A stretch of 17,149 nucleotides of DNA from Octopus sinensis (taxonomy: Eukaryota). Positions 1-8,998 of this stretch are shown here, one piece after another. Within the stretch, counting starts at the first letter, position 1; each line of letters starts with the position of its first letter. The translations under genes and the position numbers were made by a program. The stretch lies in contig NW_021824960.1 in NCBI RefSeq assembly GCF_006345805.1, positions 1 to 17,149 on the forward strand. Direction: 5' to 3'. The notes beneath the pieces were generated by a model. That model worked only from the letters and a program-made list of their open reading frames with translations. It searched no databases and was not told the origin of the DNA.

Positions 1-373
1 CGGTTACAACGACGAGGGTCCCAGCAGATACGATCAACGGAACAGCTTGTTCTTGAAATTAACGTGCAAGTGGTTGAGCACTCCACAGACACGTGTACCC
101 TTAAAGTAACTTTCAGGGAGATTCAGCGTGACACAGAGTGTGACAAGGCTAGCCCTTTGAAATACAGGTACAATAGAACCAGGAAGAAAGGTGTGCGAAA
201 GTTGCGGTGAAAGAGTACAGCAGAGTTCGCCCCTCGCCACTTCTGCCGGAGTCTAGTGGTGCTTTAAGTATTTTCGCTCAATAAACATTCACAACGCCCG
301 GGATGTGGATTCGAAGCCGCGCTCTTATGACCGGGAGTCCGCTGTCTTAACCACTTGTCCATTGCGCTTCCAC
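1..373 (-). mobile_element. tRNA-derived SINE, family C (octopus-type); 3' end runs to the window edge
   Basis: Minus strand from 373 reads GTGGAAGCGCAATGGACAAGTGGTTAAGACAGCGGACTCCCGGTCATAAGAGCGCGGCTTCGAATCC. A-box-like TGGACAAGTGG and B-box-like GCTTCGAATCC lie in a degenerate tRNA fold, followed by about 300 bp of body I recognise from memory as an octopus SINE. Confidence 0.8.
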
Positions 374-1022
374 ATATAATGGATATATGCATATATACGC
401 GCATATATATATAATGGGTAAATGTATGGCTATAAATATGCTTGTGTGTGTATGTGTGTAATTCCTTGTCGTATATATGCATTTATAAATATATAGATAA
501 TTTATATATCCAATTAGTGCTTAAACACGATTAAAAAAGTAATGTATTTACTATATTTAAGAGCTCAATTTCTAGCACATCATTAAACTCCAATATATAA
601 CTATTACTTCAATGTAATAACCACGAATGGAATGAGTTTGCATATAAATAAATTGACTATATCAAATGTTCATTGCAGTGTATTTAGAAGAATAGAAAGC
701 GAAGAATTCACTGATAAATCATAATTTTATTCTAAGCTTCATAGCTTGTCTTCACAACCGATATAATTATATGATTAATATATATGAAAATATATAATTA
801 AGTATATGAATGAGGTGACCAAGCCGTTTCGTCAGGAAATCAAATTGAAATATATTTTAAGTTTATTCACCGATGAAATGTTTGACTCATCTCATTCAGA
901 TTAATTAGGTATTTTTATAATTTAATTACGTAATTAAGTGGAATTTGAGAGTAGAGACAGCTGAAGCACTTAGAACGAAATTTATGAAATAGTAGTGAAA
1001 TCTTTGCACTTTGTTATCCTAC

Positions 1023-1277
1023 AAATGTATACATACATACATACATATATATGCATGTATGTATTTCTTATGTATGCATGCATGTATGAATGGATGGATG
1101 TATACATGTATACATGTGCTATGTGGTGTATATACTTGTATATATAAATATGTACGTATGTGTTATGTGTTGATATATATATATACATATATGTATGTAT
1201 ATGTGTGTGTATGTATATATGTATATGTAATAAATATAATCATATACACATATTTGTATGCATATATATACATGCAT

Positions 1278-1322
<45 letters not shown>

Positions 1323-1344
1323 TATATATATATATGTATACATA
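1023..1344. repeat. Compound (TACA)n/(TA)n/(TG)n microsatellite
   Basis: Directly visible; source of the overlapping Y/I/C/H-rich ORFs. Confidence 0.95.
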
Positions 1345-1497
1345 GGCGTAGAAGTGGCTGTGTAGTAAGTAGCTTGTTTACCAACCACATAGTTCCGGGT
1401 TCAATCCCACTGCATGGCACCTTGGGCAAGTGTCTCGAGTCGACCAAAGTCTTCTGAGTGGACTTGGATGGACGGAAACTGAAAGAAGCCCGTCGTA

Positions 1498-1534
<37 letters not shown>

Positions 1535-1744
1535 GTGTGTGTGTGCGTGTATGTTTGTGTGTCTTTCCCCCAACATCGTTTAACAACCGATGCTGGTGTG
1601 CTTACATCCCCGTAACTTAGTGGTTTAACAAAGGAGACCGATAGAATAAGTACTAGGCTTACAAATATAAATCCTGGGTCGATTTGCTCGACTAAAGGCG
1701 GTGCTCCAGCATGGCCACAGTCAAATGACTGAAACAAGTAAAAG
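1345..1744 (+). mobile_element. tRNA-derived SINE, family A, near full length, with internal (TA)n(TG)n tract
   Basis: Head GGCGTAGAAGTGGCTGTGTAGTAAG...CCGGGTTCAATCCC (A/B boxes), CORE-like GGCACCTTGGGCAAGTGTCT, then AAGAAGCCCGTCG, microsatellite (about 1496-1560) and 3' module ending GACTGAAACAAGTAAAAG. Collinear with 7168-7650. Confidence 0.9.
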
Positions 1745-1774
1745 CGTAAATTAATTAATTTTACACACATTTGT

Positions 1775-2105
1775 ATATATATATATATATATATATATTG
1801 ATATATATATATATATATATAATATATATATATATATAATATAGATATACATGCATATATATATGCAAATATTTTTATACATATGTATAAATATAATATA
1901 TGCATATACATTTATAAATATATACATACATATACACACACACGCGCACACACGAACACACGTACACACATATGTACACATACACACACAAAGATATATA
2001 TATATACGTGTGTGTGTGTGTATGAAGAGAAAGAGAGAGAGGGGGAGATACTCATACATAAGAACAGACAGACAATCATATATATATATATATATATATA
2101 TATGA
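1775..2105. repeat. Compound (TA)n/(CA)n/(GA)n microsatellite
   Basis: Directly visible. Confidence 0.95.
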
Positions 2106-2424
2106 AGAATGTGTTACACAGAAAACATTCATCTTCCTTTTCAGCTATCTCCACTCCCGCCACCCCCACACCCCATACACCTCCATCACACCCTACCTCT
2201 CACCACCACCCTCGGCCTTTCCTTTTTTTTTACCTCCCCCTACATCGCCGCCACCCCGTCCGTCTCTTCAGTTTTATGAAAAGAGACATACAAGAAGTAT
2301 ATTTGACCGACTTCCGTTGAATTGACTGTAAACTGTTGTTATGTTGCTGGCGGACATTATTATTAGGGGCGAAGGAGGAGGAGGGGGAGGGGCGCCTAGC
2401 CATTTTTAACTCATTTACTCATTT

Positions 2425-2800
2425 ATCACACACACACACACACACACACACATAAACACACACGCACACACAGAGACACAGGTATATACATATACGTATG
2501 TGAATGACGATAGACGCACGTATTAGTGTGTGTATGTATATATATATATATATATATATGTGTATAATATATATATATATGTATATATACATATATATGT
2601 GTATAATATATATATATATATATGTATATGTATATATATCCATATATATATATGTGTATAATATGTATATATATCCATATATATATGTGTATAATATATA
2701 TATACGATGTACATATATATATATATATTATGATATATATATATGTATGTATATATATATATATATATATATGTGTGTATAATATATCTATCTATATATA

Positions 2801-2836
<36 letters not shown>

Positions 2837-3365
2837 ATATAAATATGTATGTATATATGTATATATATATATATATGTATATATATACGTATATACACAG
2901 GCGTCTGTATAGCAATTTACACCCACATACACACAACACACACATATCCATGCACACAGGTATACACATAGACGTGTAGGAACAACAAATGATACATACA
3001 TGAATAAATATTAATGCAATTATGTGTGTGCGTGCGTGTGTGTGTGTGTGTGTGTATGTGTGTGTGTGTGTGTGTTGTGTGTGTGCGTGTATATATGTGT
3101 GTGCGTGTCCAGATACATAGGCGTCTTAATAATGGTCATTAGCACACATGCACACACGCATAGCACTCTCCAACATCATATACGCATACATACGCGGATC
3201 CTTGCAAATACACACGCCCCCCCCACACACACACACACATGCGCGTACACACACACACACACACTTAAACGTGTGCATGATTATACATATACCCATAAGT
3301 ACCTTTTACATTGTACATACATACATACATAAATACATACATACATACATACATACATACATACA

Positions 3366-3396
<31 letters not shown>

Positions 3397-3410
3397 GTGT
3401 GTGTGTGTTC
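2425..3410. repeat. Large compound microsatellite field: (CA)n, higher-order (TA)n units, (TG)n, (TACA)n
   Basis: Directly visible; TGTGTATAAT recurs five times between about 2558 and 2783. Confidence 0.95.
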
Positions 3411-3554
3411 ACATATACACAGACGTCGGTATGTATGTTTATATACATATATACAGTTATTTTACATATATTTGCAGGTTTATTTTAATATAAATATGAG
3501 AAATACCGTCAGTTTTTGGCAAAATATAATTTTAATCTAATAAAATCTGTTCGA

Positions 3555-3627
3555 TTTCACTGTCCAATTTTCAGTGTCCCATTTTCACTGTCCCATTTCA
3601 CTGTCCCATGTCACTGTCCCATGTCAC
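3555..3627. repeat. Minisatellite, 12-13 bp unit TCACTGTCCCAT(T/G), about 6 copies
   Basis: tttcactgtccaat tttcagtgtcccat tttcactgtcccat ttcactgtcccat gtcactgtcccat gtcac. Confidence 0.9.
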
Positions 3628-3665
3628 AGCTACGGTTTACCAGAAGGAATCAACAGGTTTGGACC

Positions 3666-3941
3666 AACAAGCAAGATGAGGACAAATATCCGTCAAATGT
3701 AAATATTGTAAATAATGTAAATTGCGTATACTTCTACAATACGCAAAATATTTTAATGATTTTTTAATACAATTCTTAATAATATTTAACTATAAAAACA
3801 TAACAAGTCTTTTTAAACGTCGAATATCTTTGAAGGTGAAAAATAGATGAGAACCACAGCTTTAGATAAATGTCTAAATTGGCCGAGCATAGCCGTAGTT
3901 CTTAATCTTTTTCACTTGGTGTTACACAGGGTCGAATTAAG
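3666..3941 (+). repeat. Displaced local duplicate of 4867-5135
   Basis: Collinear, roughly 90% identical by eye: hammerhead-element tail, TAAATTGCGTATAC (3718-3731), Charlie-like right TIR and the 15-bp TIR CAGGGTCGAATTAAG (3927-3941). Confidence 0.9.
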
Positions 3942-4502
3942 TTGCTAAATCTCCCTAAACTCACAACAGGTTGTCACTTTAAATGACGTGGACTTTAGTT
4001 CTCTGGACATTGGTGGAAAAAATAAGTGGGATGATCATGGCTGGAATTGCTTTGATCATAGGCCTGCTTAATCAGGGCTGACTTAGTGTTAAATACCAAC
4101 AACAACAGCTTTAGAGGACTACGATTTAAGTGGAGGAATGCTGTTGAAAGGGTATCGTTGGCTGCATCAAAGTAATTGCTGTTCCTTAAAATGTCACTTT
4201 CCTCCAAGAACATAATCAAGCTTACTTCGGGGTAAATCCTACTATGACATTTGTTGTCTGGGAGATAGGTTTCTGATGTTTATTATAAGATTGGTTTCTG
4301 GTATATTATTTTTTATAAGGGTTAGTTTCTGTCTTATAGACAGAACATCATGTGCCCTCTCTCAGTTTTTATGTCATCTTAACACTTGTAAAAAAAGTGG
4401 TTCTCAACTGGGTCTATATGGTTCTAGGGGGACCACATGACGTTTGTGGGGGGGCATATAAAATTTTTTTAGTAAAATTCATGGGCAATAAATTGCGTAT
4501 AC

Positions 4503-4673
4503 AGTTCTATATTTAAGAGATGAGGAATTATGTACATTATTTACAATATTTACATTTGACGGATATTTGTCCTCATCTTGTTTGTTGTTAACACAACGTT
4601 TCGGCTGATATACCCTCCAGCATATGGCGCGGGTTACTAACCCCAAGATTCCGAGTTCGATTCCAGGCAGTGA

Positions 4674-4748
<75 letters not shown>

Positions 4749-4918
4749 CGATGATGATGATGATGATGATGACAACAACAACAACATCGAAAAATACCTT
4801 AGGAATGAGAACCCAAGTTCGAAATTTCCCCAAGGCTGGAGGGTATATCAGCCGAAACGTTGTGTTAACAACAAACAAGATGACAAATATCCGTCAAATG
4901 TAAATAATGTAATTAATG
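4503..4918 (+). mobile_element. tRNA-head / (AAT)n / hammerhead-tail retroelement with 5' inverted tail copy (Penelope-like insertion structure)
   Basis: Perfect 14-bp TSD TAAATTGCGTATAC (4489-4502, 4919-4932). 4503-4620 is the reverse complement of the element tail. 4621-4676 is tRNA-like (GGG-TTACTAA-CCC arm, B-box AGTTCGATTCC). Hammerhead stem II-GAAACGTT-GTGTT lies at 4833-4865, without the CTGATGA segment. Confidence 0.85.
4677..4786. repeat. (AAT)n(GAT)n(AAC)n trinucleotide tract inside the element
   Basis: Directly visible. Confidence 0.97.
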
Positions 4919-5311
4919 TAAATTGCGTATACTTCCACAATACACAAAATATTTTTTTTTATACAATTCTTAATAATATTTAATTATAAAAGCATAACAA
5001 GTCTTTTTAAACATCGAATATCTATGAAGGTGAAAAATAGATGAGAACCAAAGCTTTAGATAAATGTCTAAACTGGCCGAGTAGAGCCGTAGTTCTTAAT
5101 CCTTTTTACTTGGTGCTACACAGGGTCGGATCAAGACCCATAGCGGCCCTAAGGACTTAAGATAGTCTGGTGCCCCCACATACATGTAATTCAAAATATA
5201 AACAATAATAATTCATAAAATAAATTTTGATTTTTCAAAACGAAACAAAACTAATCGACAGGCCCCCTCTCTGGAAAATAATGTCTATTTTTGTGTTCTT
5301 CCATTTTATAT

Positions 5312-5454
5312 ACATTATTACATTTGATGAAGGCTGGAGGGTATATCAGCCGAAACGTTGTGTTAACAAGAAACAAGGTGAGGACAAATATCCGTCAAAT
5401 GTAAATAATGTAAATAATGTACATAATTCCTCATCTCTTAAATATAGAACTGTA
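5312..5454 (+). mobile_element. 5'-truncated copy of the hammerhead-tail element with short 5' inversion
   Basis: 13-bp TSD with one mismatch: TTCCATTTTATAT (5299-5311) and TTCCAATTTATAT (5455-5467). 5312-5327 is a near-exact reverse complement of 5395-5411. Tail matches 4833-4918 and, inverted, 4503-4620. Confidence 0.85.
5320..5363 (+). ncRNA. Minimal type-I hammerhead ribozyme motif (Penelope type), C3-to-U variant
   Basis: ACAU (stem I) - UUGAUGA - A - GGCUG/GAGGGUAUAU/CAGCC (stem II) - GAA - ACGU (palindromic stem III) - U (putative cleavage after 5359) - GUGU (stem I'). The core has U at position 3 instead of C. Confidence 0.6.
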
Positions 5455-5686
5455 TTCCAATTTATATTTGATAAATTTTCCCCTACTTTTTTTTAAATTG
5501 CAAAGTCTTTGATCAGATCCTCACTATAAAGCTATGAACACTTCGAACTTATATTTCCAATCATATGAAACGCTTTGAATATTATTTTAGCAAGTTTAAA
5601 GTGATTTCTTTTGTGCCGTAAACCATTTACCCTTTCTGTGGTGCCCACCTTCCCTCGATGCCCTGAGCACGTGTTATTTTGGTTAA

Positions 5687-6114
5687 TCCATTTTGACCCA
5701 GGTTAACCCTGTCGAAATTTTGAAGATAGTTATATAAATAGGGATAACAAACATACGGAAGCGTCCAATTAACCTTTATTGGAGTAAATAAACCAATCAT
5801 AATGGTTAAATAAATACAGGCACTATTTTTATATATATACTCGAGGAACAACGCCTGAAATTTTTGGAGAGGGCGGGGCCTGTCGATTAGGTGGACTCCA
5901 GTATGCAACTGGTACTTAATTTATCGACCCCGAAAGGATGAAAGGCAAAGTTGACCTCGGTGGAATTTGAACTCAGAACGTAAAGACAAATGAAATAACG
6001 CTAAGTATTTTGCTCGGCGTGACAACAAGCAATATTTTGCGTCCAGTTAACCTTTATTGCAGTAAACAAACCAAATACAACTGTCCTCAAACGGAGACAG
6101 TGGGTTAAAATGGG
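5687..6114. mobile_element. piggyBac-type MITE in a TTAA site
   Basis: TTAA (5683-5686) TCCATTTTGACCCA ... TGGGTTAAAATGGG TTAA (6115-6118); TIRs match 12/14. The hAT MITE copy 2 shows the empty site with a single TTAA at 10601-10604. Confidence 0.85.
5844..6027 (-). mobile_element. tRNA-derived SINE, family B, nested in the piggyBac MITE
   Basis: TTATCGACCCCGAAAGGATGAAAGGCAAAGTTGACCTCGGTGGAATTTGAACTCAGAACGT is the reverse complement of the core at about 15135-15200. Confidence 0.9.
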
Positions 6115-6206
6115 TTAATGGTTAATCCAGCGCTGGTGGTACATTGGGGATCCAATAAAGATATAATAATACACGAAGAATGCTTCATTTGCCAGTATTG
6201 TCATAA

Positions 6207-6420
6207 CCATTTGGCATTTAAACTGGTCATATCCAGCCAAAATATTCTACCTGTTTTATCTTCAAAAACAGGCAAATCTCAAATCTACCCGACAATCTCG
6301 TCCTAGAAATAAACAATCACATCCTTGAAATTTCAAAGCCTTGAGACAAAGCATGACTAGTTGAAAACAATGTGAATGAGTAAGCATTACATTTGATTGA
6401 GTAATCTAAATACAGGAAGG
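6207..6420. mobile_element. Degenerate piggyBac-type MITE
   Basis: ATAA-CCATTTGGCATTTA ... TAAATACAGGAAGG-TTAA; TIRs match only 9/14. The body resembles an abundant octopus TTAA MITE from memory. Confidence 0.5.
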
Positions 6421-6564
6421 TTAATTTCTCTGCATATCGGCAAAATACCTAGCTCTGCCACCAAAACGCGAGCCTTTGCCTTTTATGTGTTTACTAACGA
6501 GATTTCTTAAAAAAGCAATATGAGTCGGTTCGGCTATCATAATTCCAGCTAAAAAACAAAAACC

Positions 6565-6710
6565 GGCGTGGCTGTGTGGGTAAGCGACTTGCTTTCCAAC
6601 CATGTAGTCTTGGGTTCAGTTCAACTGTGCAAGTGACTTCTGTTATAGCATCGGACGGTCCAGAGCCCTGTGAGTGGATTTAGTATACAGAAACTAAAAG
6701 AAGCCCGCCG
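6565..6710 (+). mobile_element. Family A SINE, diverged 5' module
   Basis: GGCGTGGCTGTGTGGGTAAG...TGGGTTCAGTTC...GTGAGTGGATTT...AAGAAGCCCGCCG aligns with 1345-1495. Confidence 0.85.
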
Positions 6711-6745
<35 letters not shown>

Positions 6746-6747
6746 CC

Positions 6748-6811
<64 letters not shown>

Positions 6812-6842
6812 CATACACGCACACACACACACACACACATAT
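6711..6842. repeat. (TC)n(TA)n(CA)n microsatellite
   Basis: Directly visible. Confidence 0.95.
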
Positions 6843-6940
6843 GCAATGGGCTCCTTTCCATTTGCAAAGCTTTGGTCAGGTGTCACGCAGTGAGACTGAA
6901 CTCGGAACCATCTGATTGGGAAGCCACACAGCCGCGCCCG
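6843..6940 (-). mobile_element. Family A SINE, internally deleted 5' module
   Basis: Minus strand: CGGCTGTGTGGCTTCCCAATCAGATGGTTCCGAGTTCAGTCTCACTGCGTGACACC-TGACCAAAGCTTTG...GGAGCCCATTG. Confidence 0.75.
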
Positions 6941-7167
6941 GATCATAGCTCAATTAAACTGGATCATTGTACAATTATTTTTCACACTTAAATTTCACAT
7001 CTTTTTCAGAAATTTACTCATTTTATATAGGTAGATGCATTTTCTGGAAAAATATGAGCACCAATATTGGGTGCAAAATATAACGCACTGCAAACAGCAG
7101 CAGTTTATAAAACAAGGCTGTATTTCTGTAGACTAAATACTGCACAAGTCACCGGAGGCAGAATTTA

Positions 7168-7650
7168 GGTGTAGGAGTGGCTGTGTGGTAAGTAGCTTGC
7201 TTACCAACCACATGGTTCCGGGTCCAGTCCCACTGCGTGGCACCTTCGGCAAATGTCTTCTAATGCCGACCAAAGCCTTGTGAGTGAATTTGATAGATGG
7301 AAACTGAAAGAAGCCCGTCGTATATATGTAATGTATATGTATATATATATATGTATATATATATATTATATTATATAATATATATATAATATATATATAT
7401 ATATGAGTGTATGTGTGTGTGTGTGTGTTTGTGTGTCTGTGTTTGTCTCCCCCGCCCAACATCGCTTGACAACCGATGCTGGTGTGTTTACCTCCCCTTA
7501 ACGTAGCGGTTTGGCAAAAGAGACCGATAGAACAAGTAATAGGCTTACGAAGAATAAGTCCTGGGGTCGATTTGCTTGACTGAAGGCAGTGCTCCAGCAT
7601 GACCGCAGTCAAATGACTTGAAACAAGGAAAAGAGTAAAAGAGTGAAAAA
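7168..7650 (+). mobile_element. tRNA-derived SINE, family A, full length, with internal (TA)n(TG)n tract
   Basis: Collinear with 1345-1744; ends in short AAAAGAGT repeats. Confidence 0.9.
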
Positions 7651-7914
7651 GAGAAGTTAAAAATCCGTTTTCATACATATGATGATGTCATCAACGAACG
7701 TGTTTTAAGCTTTTTGTCGGGCTGGGCGCAAAAGATGTTTGAAAAATTTACCAACAAAATGTTATAACAAAGCGTTTAACACTTCTTTATGATCAGGTTG
7801 GATCGATAATCGGATCGACGTATACAATAAATAAGTGAAAAATAATGTTAACCAGACGCTTATTTTGTTAGATGAAAAGAGTTTTATATCGTTCATAAGA
7901 GTTTTGTTCGTAAC

Positions 7915-8043
7915 ATGTGTGTGTATGTATGGGTGAGGGAGAGAAAGAGAGAGAGAGAGAAAATGTGTGTGTGAATGAGTGTTCGTGTGTGTGTGTGTGT
8001 GTGTGTGAATGAGTGTTCGTGTGTGTGTGTGTGTGTGTGTGTG

Positions 8044-8076
<33 letters not shown>

Positions 8077-8355
8077 TGAGTGTTCGTGTCTGAGAGAGAT
8101 ATAATATGTTTGTGTGTGTGAGAGAGAATATGTGCGCGCCGCGCATATGTGTGTGTGAGAGAGTGAAGGAGAGACAGTATGGGTGAATGTGTGTGTGCAA
8201 GAGAGACAGAGAGAAAGTGGGTGGGAGAGAGAGAGAGATACAGAGAGAGAAAGAGAGAGAGTGAGAGAGAGTCTGTGTGTGTGAGTGTGAAGGAAAGTGT
8301 GTGTGAAAGTGTGTGTGAATGTGTGTATGTGTGTATGTGTGTATGTGTGTGTGTT
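7915..8355. repeat. Compound (TG)n/(GA)n microsatellite field
   Basis: Directly visible; includes three GAATGAGTGTTC-like (GT)n units at about 7970-8090. Confidence 0.95.
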
Positions 8356-8740
8356 TAATGATGCTTGCATCTGTGTCATTATACTTTGATGCTGGAAGTT
8401 CAAGTAAGCAGTAAACTGGATCATAGTTACTAGACGTCCGCTGTCTATAGTTTCTGTCAGTAGTTTTATATTTTTTTTACTCCACTGAGCCCTATTTTTA
8501 TAAAAGCTCACAAGTAAAATGACTCATCCAATAGGGCATCCAACGGACATTTCTGATTGGTTGATTTGTTTCTAATCAACTAAAACACAAATATCGAAAA
8601 TCCTTTGGCTTCAGAAGTCAAAGTTAACGCCAAGAATTTTGGTCAATGAGCCAAAAGCTTTATGTTCAATTCTGACCAGAATTCTGCTTTGTTTATAAAA
8701 CAGTTCAAAGTTATGACAAATGTATATAATCATTTCTGCT

Positions 8741-8915
8741 ATAGGCACAAGGCCTGAAATTTGTGGGAGGCAGATAGTCGATTACATCGACCCCTATACT
8801 CAAGTTTTATCGACCCCGAAAGGAAAGTCGACCTCAGTGGAATTTGAACTCAGAACGTAAAGATGGACGAAATGCATTTTGCCCTATGTGCTAACGATTC
8901 TGCCAGCTCGCCGTC
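8741..8915 (-). mobile_element. Family B SINE
   Basis: Minus strand starts GACGGCGAGCTGGCAGAATCGTTAGCAC, with B-box GAGTTCAAATTCC and the TCGGGGTCGATAAA core. Confidence 0.9.
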
Positions 8916-8939
8916 GTCTATAATATTGGTTTAAAATTT

Positions 8940-8998
8940 TGGCACAAGGCCAGCAATTTCAGGGAAGGGGCTAAGTTGATTACATCGACCCCAGAGTT
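8940..8998 (-). mobile_element. Family B SINE 3' fragment
   Basis: GGCACAAGGC...GATTACATCGACCCC repeats 8744-8794. Confidence 0.7.

Larger units (their letters stand above)
4395..5053. mobile_element. Charlie-like hAT MITE, interrupted by the tRNA/hammerhead element
   Basis: Left end AAGTGGTTCTCAAC (4395-4408) and right end GATGAGAACCAAAG (5040-5053; GATGAGAACCACAG in the duplicate) resemble the CAGTGGTTCTCAAC hAT-Charlie TIR. No intact TSD seen. Confidence 0.55.
5121..6135. mobile_element. hAT-type MITE, copy 1, with nested insertions
   Basis: Ends CAGGGTCGGATCAA / TTAATCCAGCGCTG; 8-bp flanks GTGCTACA (5113-5120) and GTGGTACA (6136-6143), 7/8 match. Collinear with 9843-10621 once insertions are removed. 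Confidence 0.85.

Noticed and set aside
300-373. Functional tRNA genes at SINE heads (also 4621, 15071)
   Set aside because: Arms are degenerate and each head runs straight into repeat body sequence.
982-3540. Many overlapping 60-180 aa ORFs rich in Y/I/C/V/H/T
   Set aside because: They are translations of (TA)n, (TG)n and (TACA)n, which lack stop codons in most frames; no domain signal.
3536-3900. Helitron capturing the duplicated segment (TC start, hairpin plus GTAG end)
   Set aside because: The end is not CTRR, the hairpin is only 3 bp, and the duplication extends beyond it.
3927-4093. Separate short hAT element ending at CTTAATCAGGGCTG (4067-4080)
   Set aside because: The TIR match needs an indel, and the TSD-like GTGTTAAA is offset by 5 bp; likely chance.
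4624-4983. 119-aa poly-Asn/Asp ORF
   Set aside because: It crosses the tRNA-like head, trinucleotide tract, hammerhead remnant and a TSD junction, so it is an accidental frame.
3666-5454. CRISPR-like array of the recurring CAAATATCCGTCAAATGTAAAT motif
   Set aside because: Eukaryotic context, irregular spacing, mixed orientation; explained as copies of one retroelement tail.
7030-7110. Tigger/pogo-like fragment around GCACCAATATTGGGTGC
   Set aside because: Only a short hairpin and vague resemblance; no TIR pair or TA TSD.
7762-8511. Longest ORF (249 aa, minus strand)
   Set aside because: Non-ATG start, mostly (CA)n/(CT)n translation, and the unique ends have no recognisable motif.
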